From positions 75,501,534 through 75,565,533 of the forward strand of contig NC_068982.1 of the NCBI RefSeq assembly GCF_001194135.2: a stretch of DNA of 64,000 nt, written 5' to 3'. The first letter of the stretch is position 1. Each line of letters begins with the position of its first letter. A program made the translations under genes and the position numbers. This document shows positions 38,022-50,362 of this stretch, in pieces. The notes beneath the pieces were generated by a model. The model saw only the letters and a program-made list of their open reading frames with translations, was not told the origin of the DNA and did not search any database. Origin of the DNA: Octopus bimaculoides (Eukaryota).

Positions 38022-38339
38022 CTTCGCATTTCTTTGCTTGTGAAACAAATGGAACATTTCCAAGGCACACAGCACATTTAGTTGCACGCGTGTTGTAACC
38101 AGAAACAAACCGATGTGGTATGTTGTGATTCATCCTAGCACGAGGTGGCTTAGCAGGGGCCATGGGAGTGCCAGGTGCACTCTTGCTCAAGCCACTGGAT
38201 GATACTGAGGAAGTTAACTTGGACAGTGTGTGGGCAGTTGGAGAATTGCTAATAGTTGATATAACAGTAGGGTCTGATAGAGTGCTTCTTCCTGTAAGAA
38301 ACTCATGTGCATCTGTATCACCAGTTTTCAGTTTCATAA
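38022..38339 (-). CDS. CIT: Citron exon, Ser/Thr-rich linker and first half of C1 (...[23 protein letters not shown]...KKCE)
   Basis: Acceptor tttatttctag, donor gtaaat; HNIPHRF....RATKCAVCL is characteristic of Citron; phase 1-1. Confidence 0.97.
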
Positions 38340-38712
38340 CTAGAAATAAAAAAAGGAAGTTAAAATTATTTAAAATGATTTAAATATAAAATTAAAACAA
38401 AGTCAAAACCATTGAAAATAAACTAAATATTTGGTAAACACAATTGAAACAGCAATTTATGTATCATACTTAACTGTTGATGCAGTGGTTTTCACTTGAG
38501 AGAAAATTTAATGCCGTTTCAATTGCATACAAATTATTTTCCAGCAGCTATTTGCAATATCAGCAAATGTATTATCCACTGTTTCCTATGTATATGAGGT
38601 AACAGATTTAATTTAGGTACGTGACTTATCTCATTCTGACAGTGTTTCTAAAATGGCAGATCTACGAAGATATTGTTTCTTGAACAAAAACCACAGCATC
38701 ATGCCTCTCAAT

Positions 38713-38750
<38 letters not shown>

Positions 38751-39149
38751 TGATACACAGATGGCTATTTTAAGCTAAATATAAAGTTAAAATTATTGAC
38801 AGTAAACTAGAACTGTTTGAAGAAATAGGCAACATAATTAAGGATGCTGATTCCAGACAAAGTTCTAATGTTAGTATCATGAGAAATTGCACCAAATCTA
38901 TAAAGTAGCTGATAAATGAGCAGAGAAAGTGTAGGGCTATGAGATCCAGTTAGTGCTGTCTCATGGAGGACTATTCAATCTCTCTAATGTTGGTGTCATG
39001 AGAAAATTGCACCCAATACATTCTGTGAAGCAGTTGGTGATATCCTGCTTGTTCCCAGCCCTCACCAATTTCCAAGTAAGTTAATGTTTTCCTTGGCTCT
39101 ATGTGCTTTCATGTAAAGCTGCTAACAAATGACACCATTTGTATGACAG

Positions 39150-39605
39150 TGTAGCGACGTCATTTTGAGGATCTCCAGCAGGCATGCGCATGGTTTGAAC
39201 CTTCTGGAAGGCCTGCCGAAAGGTCCCTGATGCACATGCGCAGAAAACTAGCAGCAGCAGAGTTCCCTTGTATCTTAGACTCGAGACACAGCCGCTGAAC
39301 TATGCAGATGTGTCCTCAGCAGCTCTCTGTTCGCCTCTGCTGCTGACGTGAGATGCTCGGTATTTGACCAGCTCTGTGTAGTTGGAGTTCTGTGAAGAAT
39401 GCCTTCACAAAGTATGATTAACTCCGACTTTGCTGCTTCCACACCAGACCTAGCTACTGATTTTCCCAAGGTGTAAATCTTGTACATACAAAATAAAAGG
39501 ATTGTTTTTGTTCAGATGTTTCTTGTTCCAATATTTTTCCTTCTAACATTTATGTAAGGGATTGTGTGGCACCCTCACAGTGCCAACCACATTTTACCTC
39601 TTACA
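39150..39605 (+). mobile_element. Solo LTR, 456 bp, with 4-bp TSD
   Basis: Starts TGTA, ends TACA. ACAG duplicated at 39146-39149 and 39606-39609. Removing it restores the SINE sequence GTATGACAGTGACACTC. AATAAA at 39492-39497 suggests plus orientation. Confidence 0.85.
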
Positions 39606-39983
39606 ACAGTGACACTCAATCATAACCATTATTTAAGTCAGAGCACACACACACACAACAAGCTTCTTTCAGTTGTCTCTGTCTACCAAATCCATTCACA
39701 AGATTTTAGTTAGCCTGAGACTATGCTATAGTAGAAGACACTTGCCCAAAATGCCATGTAGTCAGACTGAACCCAAGACCATGTGGTTTCCTGCCCCAAA
39801 AATCATCTGACCTAACATCGAGCTTTTAAAAGAGAATTAAAGACAACATATTCTGTAACAGAAATACATAAAATTTAACATTCATTAATTAGAACATTGA
39901 TGAAATCGTGATCAGAATATACATCAAAGTGCAATATATAATTCATTCAGAGTCTTTTAAAAAAAAAATCTTTAAAAATTAAC

Positions 39984-40152
39984 CTTCAGAGGCCAGTTGG
40001 TAATTTTCAGCCCTCATTTTCTCGATTTGTTCTTGCAGTTTAGCATTTTTCTTCTTTTCTGCTTCTACTTGAGTGTACAAGTCTCCACCGGCATGCACTG
40101 GGGTTTTATTCATACAGTCTTTGCTTTTGAAGCTCCCAAACAATCTAGAACA
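39984..40152 (-). CDS. CIT: Citron exon, coiled coil (CSRLFGSFKSK...EQIEKMRAENYQLASE)
   Basis: Acceptor ctctccttcag, donor gttaat; phase 0-1. Confidence 0.9.
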
Positions 40153-40295
40153 CTGAAGGAGAGATTGTATTTATTGTAAATTTAACAGAAATTATACAAA
40201 TGAAATGAAAAAAAAATGACATAACAGCATCAAAACATTTAAAAACAAAATTGCAAGGAAAATCAAAAGCGTAGAACAAAAATATATGTACATAC

Positions 40296-40406
40296 CTTTT
40301 TCTTTTTAGCAGTACTATCAGGTATTAGTGCGTGCATGTAGTCGATAAGTTTCATCTGTTGCCCCATCATACTTTCAAAGCGATATTTTTCTAAACAGTA
40401 TGAACT
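40296..40406 (-). CDS. CIT: Citron exon, coiled coil/Rho-binding region (SSYCLEKYRFESMMGQQMKLIDYM...AKKKK)
   Basis: Acceptor ctgttttag, donor gtatgt; QQ.KLID...AKKKK as in Citron; phase 0-0. Confidence 0.93.
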
Positions 40407-41367
40407 CTAAAACAGTAATGTAATAAAATAATAAAAATATTTAAATTATCTCATGCATAGTTGAAAATTATATGGCTGTCATCACCACCATCATTGTTTT
40501 AATGTCCAATTTTCTACACATGCATGGATTGAGCCAGTTTAGAGGGGCAGAAACCTTCATAATAACAATGGAACAAATGTGAGCTATTGATCACAGTATA
40601 TTGGTGATTGAATCTTTGCTCATCAATTAAATAGTTTTCATTTAGATTTGGTCTAAGGCCAACGGGTTGTAGCAGTAACACCATCTATAAATGTGCATAG
40701 GATTCCAGTGTGGACTTTAAATTGAGTTTTATAAGTCAATTAATTCATATATTGAAGCTATTAGAGAATCATCCAGATTCATCAGGAGTTTACAGTTTGA
40801 TACAAAAGTCTACTCCTCAAAGAATACATTGGAAAAGGCTAAAATTATTGGCTTTTATAAGAGATTTTTACACATATAAACACATATAAACACAGATTGG
40901 AGCCTTGTGTAGCCTTGGAATGTTATTCTGAATGTTAATACTACAAACTTTCACTCTATTCCTAAGCTTTTAACATTCTATGAAGAAAAGAAAATAGAAC
41001 CCCACCACCACCCAAAAAAAATTCCACAGACATTCTATGAGTTTCTTCCAGACCATAATTATTTCTATCATTAATGAAATGACTTACTTCATAAAATGCT
41101 TAATTAATAAGTAACAGATGTCATGCAGAAAGATATCTAAAAAGAACAAAATAGTGCTAAACTTTATTACCACTGACTAGAAAAACAAACAAAAAAATGA
41201 ATTATATGCATAGTTTTCCTTAAATTTCATTATTTCAATTTCAAATTCCTAATCTTGTTCTGAATTACAAAGACATGATTATATCTCCTTTTAATAAATT
41301 TTACAGTTAGAGGACTGCAGTAAGTTTTAAATATGAAGCAATTAATACAAGAGAAAAAAGGTGTTAC

Positions 41368-41508
41368 CTGTAGAAGTTCCATAACTCTTTCTAAGTCAAC
41401 CTTTTCGCCAAATATCAGTTCAAACTTATCCATTGCTTCTTGCCAGTTATCTTTGATCTTCCGATTCTCCTCACGTAAATGGTCCAATTCTACTGCCTGT
41501 TTTGAGCA
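41368..41508 (-). CDS. CIT: Citron exon, coiled coil (CSKQAVELDHLREEN...DLERVMELLQ)
   Basis: Acceptor ctgctaatag, donor gtaaca; phase 0-0; heptad-like composition. Confidence 0.9.
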
Positions 41509-41639
41509 CTATTAGCAGAAAGTAGGAATAAAAAGTAAGAGAGGAGTCAACCTTAGTATGGTAATATGTCTATTGTTAAAGGCTGATTAAAAAGTAGAAT
41601 AAATGTCACAAAAACTTCAAAAATCTCAAGCAAACCTAC

Positions 41640-41744
41640 CAGTTCCTTCAACTGAGATTCGTATTCTTTATTGTTACACAGTGATTTCTTCATTTCAGTT
41701 TTCTCGTTGTCCAGCTTTGACCCTCTTTTCTCAGCAACAGATAG
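41640..41744 (-). CDS. CIT: Citron exon, coiled coil (LSVAEKRGSKLDNEK...ESQLKEL)
   Basis: Acceptor gtgttttag, donor gtaggt; phase 0-0. Confidence 0.9.
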
Positions 41745-42210
41745 CTAAAACACAACAATATTAATGCACAATCTTTAAGTAAAGACTTAAATACTTACGA
41801 ATTTCTCATCAGAGCAAAGAATGAGATTAATGAAGGAAATACAGAATGCAGCAGAAAAACCTCCTGTATTTTACATGGTCATTAGTGTGGTGCAAGTGAA
41901 ATTAGGTAAGTGATAATGGTGTTTACAAAGCTAATGCTTTAGCATTGTTTTTTTTTTAGAAGTCATCATGGTTTGGACCAGTGCACACCATGTATTTGCC
42001 AAGTTTCAAATACTGGCTGACTAGCCCATGTGCTGATGGTATGCAAAAAGCACCCACTACACTCTCAGAGTGGTTGGTGTTAGGAAGGGCATCCAGCTGT
42101 AGAAATTTTGCCAGATCAGATTGGAGCCTTGTGTAGCCTTCTGGCTTGTCAGTCCTCAGTTAAACTGTCCAACCCATGCCAGCATGGAAAGCAGACATTA
42201 AATGAGGATG

Positions 42211-42255
<45 letters not shown>

Positions 42256-42375
42256 ATGCATACATATACACACGCACATATATATACATACATATATATA
42301 AACACATATAAACATTTATATACACACACGTACACATACATACACACATATAAACACACACACACACACATATAA

Positions 42376-42426
<51 letters not shown>

Positions 42427-42762
42427 NNNNNNNNNNNNNNNNNNNNNNNNNNNNNNNNNNNNNNNNNNNNNNNNNNNNNNNNNNNNNNNNNNNNNNNNNN
42501 NNNNNNNNNNNNNNNNNNNNNNNNNNNNNNNNNNNNNNNNNNNNNNNNNNNNNNNNNNNNNNNNNNNNNNNNNNNNNNNNNNNNNNNNNNNNNNNNNNNN
42601 NNNNNNNNNNNNNNNNNNNNNNNNNNNNNNNNNNNNNNNNNNNNNNNNNNNNNNNNNNNNNNNNNNNNNNNNNNNNNNNNNNNNNNNNNNNNNNNNNNNN
42701 NNNNNNNNNNNNNNNNNNNNNNNNNNNNNNNNNNNNNNNNNNNNNNNNNNNNNNNNNNNNNN
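42427..42762. other. Assembly gap next to TA/CA microsatellite
   Basis: Run of N. Confidence 0.95.
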
Positions 42763-43514
42763 TTTTTCCTGATTTATGGATCATCTTATCAGACCTGGTG
42801 ATTCAAAGCTTAAGAGGGCACTAGCATTTTCTTTGTAGGGAAAGGGGTAAACAGTATAGACAGTAAACATGGATGATATAGTTTTAAAATTTCTTAGAGT
42901 TTAGTGACAAACTACTAGGGGGGGGGGGGTTCTCTACTAGCAGGTCTGCTAGTAGAGAACCACCCCTCCTATGAAACGATCATACTGCATTAACTTTGGA
43001 TATCCTTGTTGCTTATTTTGAAACTGTATGGATAATACCATACTTAATTCTGGTGCCTAAACTTAAGTACCATATTCACCTGAATCTATATATAGTGTTG
43101 CACCAGAATAAGAATAGCCTGGGCAAAGTTCAGAAAGCTCCGACCTCTGCTGGTAACAAAGGGCCTCTCACTCGTGTGTGGCTTAGTGATTAGGGTGTTC
43201 AGGTCATGATCATAAGGTTGTGAGCTTGATTACTGGTGGTGCATTGTGTCTTTGAGTAAGACACTTTAGTTCATGCTGCTCCAGTTCGCTCAGGTGACAA
43301 AAATGAGTAGTACCTGTATTTCAATGGGTCAGCCTTGTCATACTCTGTGTCATGCTGAATCTCTGAGAACTACATTGTATGCCTGTCTGCAGAGTGCTCA
43401 GCCACTTGCACGTTTATATCACAAGCAGGCTGTTCTGTAGATTGGGTCAACTGGAACCCTTATTGCCGTAACTGATGGAGTGCCAGGAGGATATATATAT
43501 ATATATGTGTGTTT

Positions 43515-44969
43515 GTACCTTTTCTGTTGCTGTCACAGTTTTTGAAATCTTAAAGCTAAGTGAAAATTTTCAAATTTGGTATACTGATGTAATTTTTCAT
43601 GCTGAATCTGACTCTTATTTTCTTGTTTCAGAAAATTTTAAAAAAAAATGTTACAGAGGTTTGAAGTTTGATAATTTTTACCCACTCAGAAAACAAGATT
43701 TGGCATTTTCTGTGTGATAGCTTCTATCACACATTACGATGACAAATTTTTATTTAACAAAATGAAAGGTTTAGATACACTCTAGGAGTTTCTCAAACAA
43801 ATTACAATTTTTGTATCCCCCTCACCACACAAACTCCATGGAAAGGCAGGTCCCACAGTATCATTTTTACACTGTTCTATGTTGAAATTTATAATCATCA
43901 ATTTCAGGAATGTGAGAGTAGGCCTTCCACAAGTCACTAAAAACTGTGGTTTCTGGAAAAGCTGACTGACATATGTATTCCACTAGTGTCACAATTTCTG
44001 ACATGGCACCACATAAAGAAGAATATGTCTGGTTTCATGACACACTCCTCTAAAAACTCACTACTCAGGTTGCAAGCACTCTTCCTTTGTTGCATTTACA
44101 TCTTGAGAATACTGTTTCAACTATCTCAGCAATTTTCCTCAGACTGCTTATCTGAACTGAGTTGCAGAGCAGGCCCTCCACACATATTTCACAAAAATAG
44201 CTGCTGTAATTAACAGCTGTATAATGGCTCATCTCCACTTCAACACAAAATGAGACTGAAGTCAATTTCTTGATGGCATATGTAAGGGAAAAGTAGTACA
44301 GTCCTAAGAGGTAGGGTGCTAGTTTCCAACTATGTATCTTTTAGAAAAGGTACACATTTTTTCTAAAAAACACACACTTGTTGCATCTTTATTGGGAGTA
44401 CCGTCAGTAAATTTTCCTATGAAGCAACCTCGTTTTCATTTTGTGTCTCCCTGTACATAATTTTCTTTCTTTTAGGGATAATACCCTTCTCTTGCAAGTA
44501 AGAAACTGCATCTTTCTTGGTTTTCAATTTCTCCATCATATTCAAAAGGTTAAATGAGTTGGCTTTGGTTATACTTCTATTTACATTGAAAAGCCCAGGG
44601 AAAAAAAAAAGTTCAAAATAATGAAAATAAGGCAGTGACAAAAAAAAAAAAAAAGTGAAAATGACAAAAATGAGGTAGTACAAACATTCAGAAGATAGGC
44701 ACTCACAGAAAATAGACAGGTAAAGTAAATACATGTGATAACAGTTTGGCAGATGGAAATAGGCACCAGTGTGTCTGTGGATTTCAACTGGCTAAAATTA
44801 CCCAAAATTTGTAAACTTTAAAAGCTATTAACTTTTTATTTATTAATTTTTGGCAAAAATGAATTTCATTTCCATAATTAGCATACGAAACTACATCAGT
44901 ACACCAAATTTGAAAACATTTGGAACAAAAAAAAAAAACAAAAAAAACTGACAGTAACAAAAATGATCC
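43515..44969 (-). mobile_element. Merlin (IS1595/ISXO2-related) DNA transposon, decayed, near full length
   Basis: Translations KLKTKKDAVSYLQEKG, LPLRTVLLF, EIVETVFSRCKCNKGRVL, PETTVFSDLWKAYSHI match the Merlin transposase pattern (EIDES.F..RKYN.GR, I.SD.W.AY). Long imperfect inverted ends share TTTTCAAATTTGGT.TACTGATGTA. Confidence 0.85.
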
Positions 44970-45901
44970 ATATATGTTTATAATCGCTGGTGTATATTTA
45001 CATAGTAGTAGATAAGTCTGACACAACTACTTTTACTTACATTTAGTACAAGAGTTTGAGCAGTGTTTTCTAAACTATACTTGTGACACAGCAAATATAT
45101 ATCTGTCTTCGCAAGTTTTTACATAACTCTTGGTCGTCTATTCTAATCAAAAGTGACCCCACCTCACCATCTACTTTCCAAATCTAATTGGATAAGCAAT
45201 ACACACCATGAACTCCATTTAGGAAGCACCATATTCTCAAGCTTAACTAACTCATGTTTTACATAAGAATTTAGAGACTTCAAGAGAATGTGAAATTTCT
45301 TTTTAATTATGAAACTCACAGTAAAGAACGCTATAAATAACAAATTGTATATAATGGGTTAAAAACCCCTTTGAATAGAAAGACTTGAAGGGTGCTGATG
45401 GGACACAAATTCACATCTGTAAACATGACATATTAGCCTTTGATTTTTACTATGCAAAAGGGGTTTTAATCTAATATATACATGCTATTATTTATAGCTT
45501 TATCTAATTTGAGTTCCACAGGCAAAAATAAACTGTTTAATATTTTTCTCATTTATTTTTCACCACCTCCTCCTTGGCTGTTTTTACTGGAGCCCTCTAT
45601 ATAACAAGCATTTTGGGCCAGGCCACCAGTTTGAGGTTACCTTCCTCTCTCCTTTTTCACTAGTCTCAAAGGACTTGTAAAGGGTCATGGACACTGTCTT
45701 TCCCATGGACTAAAAAGATAATATTATTAATCCTCTTATTTTGGCACAAGTCCAGCAAATTTGCGGAGTAGTTACATCGATGACAGTGTTCAACTGAATA
45801 GTAACTGAGTCCTTTACATTATAGTTAATCAATTAAAAAAATCAGTTTGCTACAACATGAAGTCACAAACTTTTAAAAAAAAGGTTAAGAAATAACAGTA
45901 C

Positions 45902-46037
45902 TTGGTGAAAGCATTTGTTTAGTTTCTTCTTGGCTTCTTCAAGTTGACATCGCAATCCATTAATTTCATCAATGTAGTCAGATTTATTAGTGTTCAGCTT
46001 TTGAGTCAGAGAATTTAGAATGTTGGTATCTGCATCT
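45902..46037 (-). CDS. CIT: Citron exon, coiled coil (DADTNILNSLTQKLN...QLEEAKKKLNKCFHQ)
   Basis: Acceptor ttattactttcag, donor gtactg; phase 2-0. Confidence 0.9.
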
Positions 46038-46430
46038 CTGAAAGTAATAAGACAACAAGAAATTGTTTTGTCATAAACTACAGCATACTACAGGTCTTAC
46101 AAATATATGTGTAAATATATTGTATTTAACAAAGTCATTTACAAATGAAACAAAAATTAGCAAGATACACCTCCCCATGATTTGAAAATGGCAGCAACAA
46201 AAATTACATAAAGACAATTTGCAATCTTTTAATTCAAATCACTATCATTGTTTTAACATCCACTCTTCCATGCTTGATGGAGTTTACTGAAGCAAGCTTT
46301 CTGTAGCAGAATGTCCTTCCTGTCACCAACCTGCACTTGTTTCCTAGCAAGGCAATATTTCTCCATGCCCAAAAACATTCTCATAGAGAATTGGAAACAA
46401 ATGATATTGGTTGTATGACAATAACAATTA

Positions 46431-46818
46431 CTCTTTTACTCTTTTACTTGTTTCAGTCATTTGACTGTGGCCATGCTGGAGCACCACCTTTAGTCGAGCA
46501 AATCGACCCCAGGACTTATTCTTTGGAAGCCTAGTACTTATTCTATCGATATCTTTTGCCGAACCGCTAAGTTACGGGGACGTAAACACACCAGCATCGG
46601 TTGTCAAGCGATGTTGCAGGGACAAACACAGACACAAACATACATACATATATACGACGGGCTTCTTTCAGTTTCCGTCTACCAAATCCACTCACAAGGC
46701 TTTGGTCAGCCCGAGGCTATAGTAGAAGACACTTGCCCAAGGTGCCACGCAGTGGGACTGAACCCAGAACCATGTGGTTGGTAAGCAAGCTACTTACCAC
46801 ACAACCACTCTCGCGCCT
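46431..46818 (-). mobile_element. CpG-retaining SINE nested in an older SINE
   Basis: Head ...GTGGTAAGTAGCTTGCTTACCAACC...GGGTTCAGTCCC, tail GCTCCAGCATGGCCACAGTCAAATGACTGAAACAAGTAAAAG. The host SINE resumes at about 46825. Confidence 0.85.
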
Positions 46819-48339
46819 ATAAATTATTTACAACTATCCCACAATGTCAAGACAAAGAGACACAAATAGTCACACACACAAACGGTAGGTTTCTTACAAT
46901 TTCCACCACCTACCAAATCCACTCACAAGACTTAGGTCAGCCAGGAACTATAGACACTTGCCCAATGTATCATGCAAGGGGATTGAACATGAAACTATGT
47001 GACTAGCAAGCAAAGTTCTTTGTCAAGTGACTAAACGAAGCCCACTATATATAAAGTGGGCCAAAAATCATGCATAAAATAAGTTCCATACACTGCAGAA
47101 TATAGTCAAAGACATGCTTCAATTTTTTCTAAAATTGAATAAGTGAAATAATGATGAATATACATGTACTTGTACATGAACAAAATGAACATAATATGAA
47201 TAAAATGTTAAATATTTTGCTGTATGACTTTTGGCCCACCCTCTGTGTGTGTGTGTGCATATGTTTGCACCCTTGTCCTGACATCATGTGATGGTTATAA
47301 ATGAGCATCAGCATCATACAAGATACATTGTTCATTTCCAATGTTCTGTGGAAAGCCTGTTTGGCCATGGAGAAATATTACCTTGCTTGGAAACAAGTAA
47401 GGATTGGTGACAAGAAGGATATTTGGTTGTAGAAAATTTGCTTCAACTAATTCTGTCCAACCCATGCAGGCATGGAAAAGGGAGTGGTGGTTTTCATTGA
47501 TGATGATGATGATGTCTGCAATAAGGGTTTCGGATATTTGAGAGTCCGTGAAATAAGAATCTGGATTACCCGTGAGTTCACCAAAGTTTCTATGTCAGTG
47601 GACTGTGTGTTGCTTATGTGTTCCATTGATGGTTATATTCTCTCTGTACCACAAATCAGTATCCAGTACAGGTAATCTACTGGGGTGGGGGGTCAAGACA
47701 GGTAATCAATCATAACTTTTATATGGATTGTGGACGAAGTTTGTTTGGAATTGTCTAAGTATACATAATGGGTTTAAGCTTCCATTGGAATACAGTAGAG
47801 ATAATAAAATAAGTAAGGTCAGTATATTGTAAGATAGCAGACAGTTTAGTAGCTTAAAGTAAAAGAAAAGGATCTCACCAAAACAAAAGAATTGCATTAT
47901 ATATCAAATTGACATCATATTACTTCCATGCTTTAATAAGCACCCAAATGCTGTAAATGATGCCATCAATCAATCAATCTCTCTCTCTCTCTCCAGATAG
48001 GGAAGCCATATATAACTTCTTCAGCAAGACACCTGTTCCAGTCTCTCTCTCATACATCCACCTTCTTCAAAAATGTAACCCACACTTAGTTGAAGAGTCT
48101 CATTTGACAAATACTTGATGGCCTCTTTAGTGCCAGTACCATGAAAAATGTACCCAATAAACTGTGAAGTGGTTGGTGTTAGGAATGGTATCTCTAGAAA
48201 CCATAGCAAAGCAGATACTGGAGCTCAGCATAGCACTCTGGCTCTCTCTCCTGTTGAATCGTTGTTGTGCAAGAGTACAATGCCCTCTGGCAAGAATGGA
48301 CTGGACCACTACATATAAATAGTAGCAGTCTAAGTGAGG

Positions 48340-49990
48340 TAGTTTGGAGTTCATGTTTGACTTAGCATGTTGGATTGTTGTTACATTCTGTATGGTTACT
48401 GCCGTTTCTTTCGATTATATTGTTATTACACTGTTGGAGTGTATTCGTTTATCTATAAGGATATAACATCTGGCGACGAGGATTGTCAAAACTCACATTG
48501 GTTATTTGACAATTTTTGCGTCATGGAAAACCTATTAGCTGCTGTAATACAGCTTCAAGAGAAGCAACAGGAACAACTGTAGGAGTTGCAAAAACAAATA
48601 CAACTACAACAACAATTAATTGAGTTACAGTCAGTGAAGTCCAAAAGTCCAGTAAGCTTGTTTACACCAGACAGTGTGGATGACACAATTTCTGAATTTA
48701 CATATCTGGAGGAGGGTATTACATTTTCCACATATTATAGAATATAAGAAGAAATTTCTAACAATGAGTGCAAATTATAGTCAGAGGAGCAGAAAATAGC
48801 TCCTGTCAAACAAGAGCGTTACTGTAACTTTATTCTGCCCCAAAAGTTGAGTGAGATTGGTTTCCAAGAAACTGTGAAACTGCTTTCAAAAATTTTTGAT
48901 GATAGAAGTTCATTTTTCAACACCAGAATGGAGTGTTGGAACTTAATGAAAAAATGAGGAAGATGATTTTATCACCTACGCTAGAGTAGTCAACCATATG
49001 TGCGAAAATTTTAAACTCCAGGGTCTCACTCAGGATATGTTCAAATCACTTATCTTTGTGCAAGGGCACCTGAAGATAGAGAAATTTGGGCAAGGATTTT
49101 CTCAAATATAGAGCAAAAAAACCAAGTTTTATCTCAACAGACCACTGCAGAAGAATGTCAGACTATGGTAAATCTTAAACATGATGTGAAAAAAATACAA
49201 GAAAAATACAAAAAAATATAAGATAAAAACTCTGCAAAGTTCTCCACTAAAAAAGAAAATAAAAGCAGAGGAAAAGGAAAAAAGAAAAAATGAAGCAACG
49301 GGATCAAACACAAGTGCCAGAGTCTTCAACAAGTAAGGAGGAAGGACGGAAGGAACTGGAAGAGGAGATAGAAATACCAATAATAATAACAGAGAATGTA
49401 GAGAGAAGGCCACGTAAAGGTAAACATGAAAGAATGATGGTGAAGTACGAGAAAAGTGTAGAAATAGAAAAATGAATTGCAAAAATGAAAAGTGTAATAA
49501 GAGTGAGATTGGCAGATAAGGAGGCAAATAGAAACATGAAAGCAGTGTTGCTAGATGACGAAAAGGCAGCTAGACTGAAAGAGATATTTAGAAGTAGGAT
49601 GGAGAAGACACAATTACGGTTTCAATATGATGAATTACCACCAGTGGTAAATTTTGAAGATTTAATGACTTTTTTGTTATAAAAACGATACAAACTGAAT
49701 TGTAAAAACAGTAAAATGGAACTTTCTACTTTGGTGGGTAAAAAGCCATTTCATTATCATAATTTTTCACACCTCATAACTCATTCGTTAATCGTTATAT
49801 GTAGCCTACGTTTGTGTTGTCTGTCCTTGGAATGTCCCTTCTATATGTAAGGCTTTATGCCTAGAATAAAGAGAATAGTTTCACAGTTCATGTGTTGATA
49901 TTACAAAGTTGAAGTTCAAAGTTCACAGTTCGAGTTAGCATGTTGGATTGTTGGTTCTTAAAAGATTGTTATGTTCCATGTGGTTAGTAT
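48340..49990 (+). mobile_element. Gypsy (Mag-like) LTR retrotransposon derivative: LTR end, PBS, decayed gag, no pol
   Basis: LTR ends ...ATAACA at 48468; PBS TGGCGACGAGGAT at 48471-48483. gag-like translation ERYCNFILP...FQETVKLLSKIF, DMFKSLIFVQG, AEECQ.MVNLKHD (48523-49185). About 60 bp of LTR-like sequence (TTAGCATGTTGGATTGTTG) recurs at about 49935. Confidence 0.85.
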
Positions 49991-50362
49991 TCATCATCAT
50001 CATCATTTAACATCTGTTTGCTATGCTAGCATGGGTTAGATGTTTGACTACAGATGGTAAACTGGAGAGTGGCACCAGCTCCAGTCTGTTTTGGCTTGGT
50101 TTCCACAGCTGGATGTACACAAAGTATACTGGGTGCCTTTTAGATGTCAGCGGCATGACTGCCATTCATGTGTCACCGACACTGCCCACAACCACAATTT
50201 TACTTAGCTTGACGTGTCTATTCAAGCACAGCAAAGCATTCATTTCATCATTTTGTATAAGCACCATGAAATTTGATTAAAAAATAGTTAAATCATAATG
50301 ATTGTATGTCTAGCCATAAAACTACCCAATGACACTAGAAAAAGAAAAAAAAAAAAAAAAAA

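Noticed and set aside
39275-39487. 70-aa minus-strand ORF as an extra CIT exon
   Set aside because: It lies inside the solo LTR, has no suitable donor, and the flanking exons already join in phase.
40144-40390. Alternative AG acceptors 8 nt (40144) and 16 nt (40390) inside two CIT exons
   Set aside because: Both break the frame relative to the upstream phase-0 donors.
49129-49537. Hydrophobic minus-strand ORFs (132 aa and 77 aa)
   Set aside because: They are the antisense shadow of a purine-rich plus strand within the Gypsy derivative.
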